This document shows positions 26,401-38,149 of a stretch of DNA of 64,000 bases, piece by piece. Source of the stretch: Chiloscyllium plagiosum (taxonomy: Eukaryota). The position numbers and the translations under genes were made by a program. The stretch covers positions 88,191,352 through 88,255,351 of the forward strand of contig NC_057719.1 of assembly GCF_004010195.1 (NCBI RefSeq). The letters run 5' to 3'. Position 1 is the stretch's first letter; each line of letters opens with the position of its first letter. The notes beneath the pieces are model-generated. The model was not told the origin of the DNA, did not search any database, and saw nothing but the letters and a program-made list of their open reading frames with translations.

Positions 26401-27690
26401 AAAGGATCATTTCAAATCCGGTGGAGGTTTTCCTGCAAATCCACCCACCTCATCTACTGTGTCCGTTGCTTTCAGTATGGTCTCCTCTACCCTTGGGAGA
26501 CAGGACGCCGATTTACGGAGCTGTTTAGGACATATCTCTGGGACACACACACCAAACAACCCCACTGCCCTGTGGCCAATGACTTCAACTCTCCCAAGTA
26601 CATACAATTCCTAGGCCTCCTCCACCGCCAAATCAAACCCAACCCACCTCAGGATCCTCCAACCAGACGGCATCAACATTAACTTCACTAGTTTCCAAAT
26701 CTCCCCTTCCCGCACCTCATCTCAGATCCAAACTGGCACCACACGCTTGACCTGACCTTACTGTCCATCTTCCTTCCTACCTACTCGCTCCACCCTCCCC
26801 ACTGATCTAACACAATTATTTCCCACCTACCTGCCACTCTCAGCCCCTCCCCATCTCCATATTTATCTCTCAACCCTCTGCCCCCTTCACATTTCTGATG
26901 AAGGGCTGATGCTCAAAACTTCGACTCTCTTGCTCCTTGGATGCTGCCTGACCTGAAGTGCTTATCCAGGTCCAACCTCCATCTTCAGTAAGAGACAATC
27001 TAACCATTGCTCCTTGACATTCAATGGTATTACCATCATTGAACCCACCACTATTAACACCACTGACTAGAAACTCAACTGGATTCATCATATAAACACA
27101 GTGGCTACAACAGCTGGTCAGAAACTGAAAATAGTACAGCAAGTAACTCAGCTCTTGATTCCCCTAACCCTGTGATCCATCTATAAGGCACAGATCAGGA
27201 ATGTTATGGAATAGTCTGCACTCGTCTGGATGGGTGCACCTCCAACATCAAGAAGTTTGACACCATCCAGGACAAAGCAGCTGTCTTGATCAACTCTACA
27301 TTCAGAGACATCCACTCCCTCCCCCATCGATGCTCAGTAGCAGCAGTGTGTACTACCTACAAGATGCAATGCATAAACTCACCATAGCTCCTTCGACAGC
27401 ACTTTCCAAACCCGTAACCATTTCCATCTACAATGACAAGGGCAGCAGTTGCATGGGAACACCAGCACCTGCAAGTTCCACTCCAAGCCACTCAGCATCC
27501 TGACTTGGAAATACATCACTGTTCTTTCATGATTGTTGGGTCAAAATCTTGGAATTCCCTCCCCAAGGACATTGTGGGTCAACGTACAGCAATTCAAGGA
27601 GGCAGCTCACCACCACCTTCTCAAGGACAACTAGATATGGTCAATAAATGCTGGCCAGCCAGAGACGCCTACATCCCATGTGTGAATAAA
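23450..27690 (+). mobile_element. Non-LTR retrotransposon relic (CR1/L2-group RT, distinct family) hosting the Neptune-like insertion
   Basis: ALDIKAAF (24195..24461) and FINDLP...LLVDDCT (24359..24592) RT motifs; resumes at ~26980. Same family at ~40850-42470, ~28640-28930, ~48240-48545 and ~63290-63430. Confidence 0.75.
24639..26978. mobile_element. Degenerate Penelope-like retroelement (Neptune-like): plus-strand RT-Cys linker-GIY-YIG (~25461-26978) with an inverted 3' copy (24639-~25460), nested in another LINE
   Basis: LIFTTDIQSLYSSITH, LFVGYVEQSIF and LPFLD RT motifs. CHHKRCKTC...LIYCVRC...ETGRR...VANDFNS (25669..26682). TSD-like CCATCTTCA(CA/GT)AAGAG at 24623-24638 and 26979-26994. 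Confidence 0.85.
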
Positions 27691-27705
27691 AAAACTGATA
27701 CTTAC

Positions 27706-27759
27706 CGTTTTTGAGTTGTAAGTGATGTGACACAAAATACACTTCCTTTCTTTTCCCAT
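27706..27759 (-). CDS. ZNF106: ZNF106 coding exon (exon 27706-27790, ATG at 27759): MGKERKCILCHITYNSKT, first half of zinc finger 1
   Basis: Manual translation. Acceptor tttcag| before 27790 and donor ACG|gtaagt after 27706. Matches the recalled vertebrate ZNF106 N-terminus (MVRERKCILCHIVY...). Confidence 0.93.
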
Positions 27760-29164
27760 TGTGAAGAATTTGACAGCAGTCAGTTCAAACCTGAAACACA
27801 TGACAGAAATAAGTCAAAGGAAACAGAGTTTATGCTCACGCTGCTACTAAGATCAATCCCAACCACTTATTGAAGAATGATAATATTTCTTTTGGAACAA
27901 CAAAGTCAAATTTCTTTGGAAAAGGTGTTTCACTTTGGAAACTGTTTTGTTCATTCAGGCTTTTCATATAACTTTATGGAGCTTATTAATTGATAATTGA
28001 GCCTATTGTTTTAAGGGTACTACCTGTCTAAGGCCAACAGAATGCATATGGTGGTATGTGCAGGATCAGTGTCATCAATACACTAAATGGAGATGGATGT
28101 CATTGTTCTCAGACTGTGTTACTCTTTAACTAAATATTGGGCTGTAAAAATGCATTCTGGATCAGAGACATCTGCTTGATGAGCATTAAGATCTGAAAAA
28201 TGTTGTCTGAAAGAAAAACCCAGATTCCAAAGTAACTTTCAAAAGGCAACAGGATATTGACTTACGAAGGAGTAAATTGCAGGGATATAGGGAAAAGGCT
28301 GAAATGTGGGACTAAATTGATCAGCACTTTCAAAGAGTGTAAACCGAACAGTCTTTCTCTAATTCACACTCCAAAGACTTGCACACAACTCAGTTTACAC
28401 TTCAGGGTAGTACAGAGGGAGCAGTGCACTACCACAAATGTAGCCTTACAGAGCAGACTTTAAAACAAGATTTGCTTGAGATTCAAAAAGTGAGGCATCA
28501 CCACTGTGTTGTAGTCAATATTTATCCCTCAACTAGAGAAAAATCATGAATACACATTATCCTTGCTATTTTCAAATTGCATGTCACATCTCCCTATATT
28601 ACAACAATAGGAACATTTGACAAATACTGCACTGACTGTTCATGGGAACTGCATTGGCTCCTTAGACAGCACCTCCCAAAGCAATGGCCTCTACCATCAA
28701 GAAGGATAAGATCAGAAGATACACCGAATGACATTATCTGCAAGCTTCTCAGTATCCTGACTTGGAACTATATTGCTATTCCTTTACTGTCACTTAGTCA
28801 AAATCCTGTAACTTCCTCCTTAATAGTGGTCTATGTGCATCAAATGGACTGTGGAAGTTCAGGAATGCAGCTCCCCACCACCTTCTCAAGGGTATTGAAT
28901 CCTGGCCAAACAAGCACAGTTCACATTTTTAAAAAGTGCTTTAGGCCACTGAGATCAGGATGGCTCAGTTACAATGGACTCAATGAACTCTTTCTGTACC
29001 ATAGATTTCATTGAATTACATGACCATAAAGGGCTCCACACAATTACACCAACAGCCTATGGGTTACTACTGAGCAGCAACTGAACCAGGTATAAGAACA
29101 TGGTGGCATCCTTTAAGCTGGGCTTCCAAACAGGGCATTTTTGACAATTTTATTGAAAGATATG

Positions 29165-29460
29165 ATTTACGCTGAAACAGGTCATTTGGCCCAACAAGTG
29201 TGCACCGACCCTCCGAAGAATAACCCACCCAGACCTATTTCCTTCTGACTAATGCACCTAACATTATGGGTAATTTGGCATGGCCAATTCACATGACTTT
29301 GCACATCTTTGGATTCTGTGAGGAAACTGGAGCACCCGGAGGAAACCCACACAGACACAGGCAGAATATGCAGACAGTCTCCCTAGGCTGGAATCAAACC
29401 CGGATCCCCGGCCCTGTGAGGCTGCAGTGCTAACCACTGAGCCACCATGCCGCCCCCCCA
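29165..29460 (-). mobile_element. HE1-like V-SINE
   Basis: Same consensus. Confidence 0.8.
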
Positions 29461-30877
29461 CCAACTGAGCCATCATGCCGCCTCCTTAAAAGGAAGCCTC
29501 ACTTGTGATCTCATGGTAGCAACTTTCAGCAACTTTCTGTTACTTAATTTAAAAAATGTAGTTATTTGAGTACGATCTGCCCTGACTCTGCTTCATTACC
29601 AGGAACCAATCCAAGTGACTCATTTTCCTTGTTTTTTTAAAATGAAACCATACTCATCACTGATGTTAAACAGCATTTTTATGCCCTCACATCCTTTCTA
29701 GAATAGGAGCATCACATTTGTCACATTCCCATCCTCTGGCATTTCCCCCATATCTGAGGAAGGTTGGAAGGTTACAGCAAGCCTTCCACTATCACCACTC
29801 ATACTTTCTTTAGAAACCTGGGAGACAAGCCACCTGGACCTTATCCACTCTAACCACAGCCATGTCAAGCATATCCAGCCTTCCCAGTACATCCTGCCTA
29901 TCAATTTACCTATTAGCTCCAACATCTCCACTTCCACTAATAGCATCTTCCTCCTTAATACAAAACAAATACCGGTAGAAAGTACTCATCAAGTTTCCTA
30001 GGCTTGTCCTGTGCATCTAGACATAAAACTCCCCTCAGTCCCATTGGATCTCCTACTGCCTGTTTAGGATTTACATGCTGGTAGAAAACTTGGTGACTTC
30101 CTTCCATTTACACTGCCATTCTATTCTCAGAAATTCTTTGTCTAGTGCTAGAAGTTGCAGAAGAGGGAAGGTGATATTTAAGTAGAAATAGAGAGATACT
30201 ATGCTGCAATCTACACACTATTCCTATTGCAACCACATTATCACTGATTGAGCAAACTCCTGTCCAGAGTAGCAACAAACCTCGAGTTGGATTCAGCCAG
30301 AGAAATGGCGAGTGCTTCATAATCATCAATGAGCCTTACAATTGGAATGCAGTTAAAAGTGGAGTTAAGGTACAGATCTGTAATGAGGTGTAATTGTCCA
30401 GTGTGTGTTGGTGGAATGGCCTACTCTTGTATTTCTGCCTCAGCACAAGTCCCAGTCACCCATGAGTCTAAAACCATCTCACTTGCCACAATTCAGCCAC
30501 AGAGGTAGCTTCTGTCCCAGCACTGGACCCAATAGCCCCTAGGAATCTGAACAGTTCCCTTATATACCAATCCCCACTTTATGCTACAGACCACTGCTAT
30601 TTCAAGGCATCTATCTCCCCTGTCTGGCACATAGCACCATTTACCTCTGTAATGTTTAACACTAAATTGCTCAAATTATCTTTGCAGGATCCAAACCTCT
30701 TTCAGCACCACATAAATTATGACTGGCTAACACCCTTTGTTCACTAAAGCTTCCAGACCACTTCTGGGAGATTCCTGAAGCTGGGATCCAGTAGATTTAT
30801 AATAAATACACACATCATCATTTGGAACTCTCTGCAAAAACAATAAAAGTATCTTACTAGCTGCCTAAGTTAGCTTA

Positions 30878-31540
30878 AATCACAGAAACAGGAGCATGAA
30901 TAGGCCATATGGCCCTCCGAGTCTGCTCTGCCATTCATTATGATCATGGCTGATCATCCAGCCTGCTCCTACTTTTACCCCATATTCTTTGATCCCTTTA
31001 GCCCCAAGTGTTCTATTTAACCTCTTCTTGAAAGCACATAATGTTTTGGCCTTGACTGTTTCCTGTGGTAGAGAATTCCACAGGCTCACCAAACCTTAAA
31101 AGAAGAAATTTCTCATCTCAATCCTAAATGGTTTACCTCAAATCCTTAGACTTGGTCCTGGACTCCCTCCACTTTCATGAACATCCTTCCTGTATCTACT
31201 GTCTAGTCCTGTTAGAATTCTAGCAGTTTCTATGATTCCCACTTTATTCTTCTGAACTTCAGTAAATATATTCTGAATAGATTCAACCTCTCCTCATATG
31301 TCAGTCTTGCAACCCCAGGAATCAAATCTGAAAAACTTTTGCTACACTCCCTTGTTGGCAGCAACAACCTTCCTCGCATAAGATGACCAAAACTGTATAC
31401 AATACTCCATGGTCTCATCATGGCCTTGTATCATGCAGCAAGACATCCCTGCTCCTGGACTTGAATCCTCTTGCTACAAAGACTAACGTACTACTTGCCT
31501 TCTTTACTGCTTGCTACACTTTACAAAGAACTCCCAGGTT
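30878..31540 (-). mobile_element. CR1-type LINE 3' fragment
   Basis: VSLWNSLPQ and LTYEERL peptides in the ORF track. Confidence 0.7.
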
Positions 31541-31842
31541 TAGAATTAGATTAGATTCCCTACAGTGCGGGAACAGGCCCTTTGGCCCAACAAGTCCACA
31601 CCGACCCTCCGAAGGGTAAGTCACCCAGTCCCATTTCCCTCTCACTAATGCGCCTAACACTATGGGCAATTTAGCATGGCTAATTCACCTGACCTGCACA
31701 TCTTTGGACTGTGGGAGGAAACCGGAGCACCTGGAGGAAACCCACGCAGACACGGGGAGAATGAGCAAACTCCACACAGTCACCAGACGCTGGAATCGAA
31801 CCTGGGACGCTGGTGCTGTGAGGCAGCAGTGCTAACCACTGA
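31540..31842 (-). mobile_element. HE1-like V-SINE (slightly 5'-truncated)
   Basis: Same consensus. Confidence 0.85.
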
Positions 31843-32959
31843 GGACATCAGGAGAAAAAGAACCTAAAATTCGGTGGCAGTGGTGGGATTCCAACATATA
31901 TGGAGCTTCCAAATAGACTGAATAAGTGATCATCTGAGTGCCGGCTGCATGAGACGGATGGGCCTACAAGGCAAGATTTACCTTGATCTCTCTCCTTAAC
32001 CTTCCACTCAGTCGACTCCTCATCCCCTAGGACTCTGTGGTGATGGAATCTCTGTTATGCACTTGCACGCCACAAGTTCGCTTTCAGAATCATACGTTAC
32101 TGGGAATTCAGAGGTTAAAATCGCCTGGGAAAAGGTTAAAGCCCCCTATAAAAAGGAAGTTGGAGTCACCTTGTGGTGAAGTTTGAGGTTCCAGTGCATA
32201 ATGTAAAAAAATAACTGGCGTCTGTCTCTATGACCCTGCCTTAGACCGGTTCTTAAGAGGGGAGATCCCCCACGGGAAGGTCAGGACCCTGAAGTGAGTG
32301 TGGAGACTACAGACATGAGGTCTGAAGCCCCGGAGCAAAAATAAGTTAGAAACCCAGAACTTCAAAGAAAAACCATCTCAACAAAATTTAGTTCTTCTTA
32401 AAGTTATCGCCTTTATCCTACACACCTCCTCTTTTAGGACAACATGGTGTCACCCGGAAAAGGGGGAGAAAATGGAGCCAGTCTGCCCAGATCCCGACAG
32501 TAAAGTAAATTAACTACCAGGGAAGCTTTGTCTGGGTTTTTGTTGAGAGAGTCTCAGTTGCTGGACTGTGGACTCGACTCGGCAAGTCTTTCTTCTGGGG
32601 TTAGGGAGTGGCATGCACTGCAGCGCCGTGTGGTCCGCTGCAAGGCTTTTCCCTTTTTATAACTGTAATTTCATCGAGAGGACGCAAGCAAAAGAGAAAC
32701 ACTGAAATTAAGGTTGTACTAATATTTGGGTCGAAAAAGGAAGTTTCAATATAAATTATGCCATTGTGAAGGTGGTTGCTATTTAAATATTTTGGTTTAT
32801 TAAAAATACTGGTTCAGAAGATATCAAAGTACCTGTTTTATCTTATTTGAATTGGAATCTCAGTTTTATGGGCTATGCAATAGGGCAGATTTTGTTTTTA
32901 CATTAACATTAGGCCCTCTGTAAAATTAAACCTTAAAACAAATTGATTGAGGGCCTTGA

Positions 32960-35180
32960 GCCCCTGGTTTATGTGCACAAGTCACTGAAGATAGCAGTAT
33001 AGTTTGAGAGAGATAAAGTGTACAGGACACTTGGCTTTATAAATAGGGCTACAGAGTACAAAACCAAAGAACTTATGAGAAACCTTGTCAAAATTGTTTG
33101 TTTGCAATTAGAATATTGTGCCCAATTCTGAGCATTTAAAGTGATGGCTTTAGAGACAGTGCAGAAAATATTTATAAGAATGGTCACAGGGACAAGAGCT
33201 TGTGGTCGGATAGACTTTTATTAAAGAGAAGGCCTTGAAGAGATCTGAAAGGGATGTTCAGAATCATGATGGAGCTAGATAGGATGTAGAAAGAATCTGT
33301 TCATTTTGTCAGGAGGGTCAGAACTAGAGGACAGTAACTGGCAAAGAGACCAAAGTTGACACAAGAAAAACTTTAACACAGTGAGTAGTCTAGGTCTTTA
33401 ATACCCTGCTAAAAGTATGCTGGAGGCAGAATGAATTGCAACTTTCAAAAGGGAATTGTACCTGAAGAGAAAATGTTTGTAGGACAAACAGGGAAAGGAT
33501 AGGAGAATGCAACATGTTAAATTAATCTTGCAGAGAGTGACACAGACTTAATGGATTGATGACCTTTTTCCTCTACTGTAACTATTCTAATGTCAATAGA
33601 CAAAGTGTGGGTGAGAGTATAACGACAAGTAGTGTGCATCAATAGTCAGGATGTAGAGAAGTACTTTAGCACAACCTCCCCTAAACCATCCTGAACACAA
33701 CTAACAAATTCCCACCCTCATTCAAGCCCCTGACATTAAGGGAGTCCTAGTCAATATAGAGGAAATTAAAATCACCCACCACAACAACCCTTTTGTCTTC
33801 AGATTTTTTCCATCATCTGTCCACATATCTATTGCCAGCCGACTGCTGGAAGGTCTGTAGTATAATCTGTAGTAAAATGATTGCACCCTTCCTATTCCTG
33901 AGCCCTACTCATACGCCCTTGTTAGATGTGCACTCCAGGTGTACTCCCTTAGCACAGCTATGATATTCTCCATTATCAGTAATGCAACTCCTCCACTTTT
34001 ACATCCTTCTCTATCATACCTAAATCCCAGAATGTTAGGCTGCCAGTCTTGCCTCTCTCTCAACCAAGTCTCTGTAATAGCTATATCATAGAGCTTCGAT
34101 TAACATATGAAGCTAAGTTTATCTGCCTTATTTATCATACTCCTTCCATTAAAACAAATACACTTCAGACTACCAGTCCCTCTATGTTCAGTAACCTTTC
34201 CCTATCTGTTCTTTCTATCTTACTGGCCTTAGTCTAAGACTTTTCCTTGGACATTTCACTTGCTGATCTTGCTTACTGCTCTGTTTCCTGCCACACTAGT
34301 TTATACCTTCACGAGTAGCATTAGCAAACCTCCCTGCCAGGATACTGGTCCCAATCCAGTTTAGGTACTACCCATCCTCCTTGCACAGGCCTTACCTGTT
34401 CCAGAAGACATCCCAATGATTCACTCTAACTGACCCCACTCCCCAGGTATTTATCCTGGTGCCACTGTTCACATCCAGGTTTGCTCTGACTGACGTCACT
34501 TCTCAGGTATTTATCCTGCTGCTGTTCAACTCTAATTTTGCTTCTCAGGTACTTATCCTGCTGCAGCTGCTGTTCACCCCAAGCAACGCTCTCCTTCACT
34601 CTGTTGCTGCTTCCTCTGCTCAGACAGTCGGCCTTTTGATACTTCCTCTCACTTTCTTAGACCGAACTCAGTCTTCCATTTGTCCACTCACTCAACCTAT
34701 CTATATCCCTAACAGATACCTTATGTCATCACAGTGTGCCCTGCCACCTATTTTTGTATCATCAACAAATTTGGATACATTACATTCTGCACCATCCTCC
34801 AAGTCATTAGTATAAATAGTAAATAATTGAGGCCATAAGACTGATCCTTATGGCACTTCACTAGCTATATCTTACCAACCTGAAAAAAGACTCATTAATC
34901 CCAGCTCTTAGTGTTCTATGTGTTAACTGATCCTCGGTCAATGCTGATACACTACTCCTAATACAATGAGTTCCTAACTTGTGCAATAACCTTTTATGGG
35001 GCACATGAATGCATGCTTTGGAAATCCACATGGCCTATGTCTATTAGCTCCTCTTTATCACTTTGCTTGTTATATCCCTAAAGAGGGCTGGCACATTTGT
35101 CAAAAACACTTCCCCTTTCACAAAATAATGCTGACTCATGTTGATTGCATTACTCTTTCCTGAATGCCCTGCTATTTCTG
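32960..35180. mobile_element. Old CR1-type fragments (plus ~32960-33590; minus ~33850-35180)
   Basis: Degenerate ORF2 motifs (e.g. FVSSTNLD antisense to KFADDTK-like sequence). Confidence 0.6.
34425..34580 (+). repeat. Three imperfect tandem copies of caggta(t/c)ttatcctg...ctgttca
   Basis: Units begin at ~34444, ~34504 and ~34546; the array lies between CR1 fragments. Confidence 0.7.
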
Positions 35181-38149
35181 CTATAATAACAGCACTAATA
35201 ATGGAAAAATAATGTAATCATCGACTACTCAGTACTGTGATGTATTCTGTGCAACCACGAGAAAACACTGCAATTCTCATGGACCTTGATTCAGCAGAGC
35301 ACAGCTTGCCCCAGTAAGATGTCCATTCACTAATTTATTCCTGAAGAGACAGCAGATTGCAAGTTTCACAATATCATCGTAAAACTATCGTGCATGTGAA
35401 ACCCAATGAAGTCAACATTATCAATAACACTCAACCCATGCCTGCCTGTACCAGGATATCCTGTTACTTCAGCCAGATAACCTCCAAGCACTAGACAGAT
35501 TACATGCGTATCCTTTCCTCTCACACCTTTTCTCCTCACCCAGCAGTGCCACTGATGCTGGTGGTTAGACTCTACTGACCATCGGGTGCCTTATTCCAAG
35601 CACAAGGCAATTGCAATAAATATCAGTAGGCTATCGTTTATGGTAAGCAAGACAATCGAGTTTGCATCACCAGATAGCCCCTCACACAGACTTCTAAAGA
35701 GATTTGGTTTACCTTTTTAAACTGTTCCTGTGCCAACTTTGCATTCTTAATGCTTCAATACCACAAATTTGATAGTACAAGGAGAGATAATTCTAATCAT
35801 TTTTCAGCTCTTCAACTGAAATTCAAACTACATTCCATTTCTCTCCCATTCCAACTACCACTTGCACATTCCTTTTTAACTATTTAATTAAATCCCTTGT
35901 TAAATTGAAAATGGGTGAGTGATAAAGGGAAACTGTAAACAAGTAAAGGACTATACATAAAATGAAGTTCTTATGTAGAAAATTAATAAAATCAAGCTCA
36001 CAAGTACAAAAGTACTAGAAAGCTTTTAAAGGGTTGGTCTAATTCAGGAACCATGTGTCTCACCTCACTTGGAGGTAAATTTGCTAATATTACAAAGATA
36101 GGTAGGAAATTAAGTCCTGGGGAGGATACAAAACGTCAAGGGATATATATATATATAGGCTAATCAATGGGCAAAAAATGGTAGATCAAGTGAAAGTTAG
36201 AAAACAAGATGTCTTCAATTGTGGCAGGAACAGAAAGACAGAATACTTGAATGAAGAGAGACTGCAGTACTGAGAAAACGTAGTGTGAGATGTGACACAT
36301 TTGCTGCTGAGAATGCGAGAAAGTGCTTGATCATGGGGTGGGGGGGCATTTGTTCAGAAGAATTGGGGACACCTGTTCTTACTGTCTATGGATCAGTGTA
36401 AATAAAGTGATAACATTTGTTCACTTGTGGAATGTGTAGCAGTACTTGCTTCTCACACCGGAGGCTGGAGGCGCGCATATTTCACAATAGGGTGTCGGAT
36501 AATGAAATTTCCGTTTATATCAAAGACTCTTAACAAAACTCATACTCAATAGAAAAAAAAGACCTGTAATGTAATAAGCTGGATGGAATATGCACATAAT
36601 CGAACAATCCTGATACATTTTCATGTATACCACACTGAGCAGATTTGAATTTATGAAGTTCAGTTCCCTCATTTTGGCTGTGCTGGAATGTGAATGTCTC
36701 ATAACCCTTACAGGCTAGGGAAAAACAGACATAGTAAGGAAGTTGGTAAAAGCAATGACTGCAGATGCTGGAAACCAGATTCTGGATTAGTGGTGCTGGA
36801 AGAGCACAGCAGTTCAAGCAGCATCCAAGGAGCTTCCATTTGGGGCTTGGCTGGATCAAGGTTTCCCACTTTGATGTGCATGTAGCTTAATTAGTCAAGT
36901 GTCCACAGACGCTTCAATGAGTTTCTCTTCCTCTGTAAACTTTTGTCATTTTATTGCTGCTTATCTGATTAAGGACCCATGCGTTTCTGTAATTTTTGAA
37001 CAAAATTCTGCATAAAGACAGCTTGTTTTGTAGCAATAAAGAGAGAGCTCTTAGGGGTAAGAGCTGGTGCTACTACTCTGCTAAAGATTTTAGAACCTTA
37101 GTTCAAGCCTGGCTTGTACGTATCTATGTTATAGTGTAATATTGATGCCATTGGTTAATAAAGGTAATAATTTAAACAAAACTATCTGGCTACCACAGAG
37201 TATGATCTCCAGGACGAACCAAGAGAGGCTACAGGTCAAATCCATCAGGGATTCTCTCAGCCATTTGGAATAGTTACTTTAACAGTACATAGGGATATGG
37301 GCATTTTTGGAAGCTTTGGTGAAATAACACCTAATATAATATGTATGGCTGCAGTTTCCCTGCAAAGGGACAAATGCACAGTTCAGAAAAGGTTCACATG
37401 GGCTAAAGGTGATGCCAAATTAGGAAACATTAGGCCTGGTCATTGGAGTTAAGAGAGAGGTTGCAACTGAAGAATATGGGTGCTGAATACACCAATGTGA
37501 ATCATGGCACCTGTGGTAAGACTGCAACTTGAACTTGGCTGAGTGTTGATGAAAAGGAGACTAACTATAACAATGTATTAAGATGGTAAATATTGCTTGG
37601 TCTCTTCAGACAAGGAAGCACTCAGAACCATTGGGCTGGAGGCTTCACATTCGGTCGGTGGTGAGGGACAGGAAGATCTGGCTATAGGAGGTGCAGTCAT
37701 GGGGATTCAGAAAATAGAAATATAGGAGCATGATCTCTTCAAATGCCCAACAGGTTTAGTATTGTTGTAGCCTGTGTGCACAAAAACTGTGCTTGTGTAT
37801 CTGTCTGTCTGCCTGTGTGTGCATGTGCACCTGTCTGTTTGCTCAGAATAGTTTCTTATCAATAAGTTCTGACCAACACGGGATCAGGCTGTATTACACT
37901 TGTAGTGTGCAATGGGGTACAATTAATGACTTCATAGTAAAAGTTCTTCAAGATAAAAGAGATAGCAAAATTGCAGAATTTCAACATTCATTTCAGGGCA
38001 AGAAACGTGGATTGGAAAATTGCATTTTTAAATTCAAATGTTGAAAACAGAGTTTACTAAAGAGGGATAGAAAAATAAGTTAAAAGGTAAGACCATAGCG
38101 AAACAGAATCAGACATTTAATGTGATATTTCGCAAATCTCAAAACTATA

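Noticed and set aside
25669..26682. 337-aa ORF as a domesticated gene
   Set aside because: Chimeric reading across frameshifted Penelope RT/EN remnants, with catalytic motifs degraded (e.g. YPWETG instead of YIGETG).
34425..34580. CRISPR-like repeat-spacer appearance (also 61165-63035)
   Set aside because: Eukaryotic intron, repeats degenerate and of irregular period, spacers mutually similar, no cas genes.
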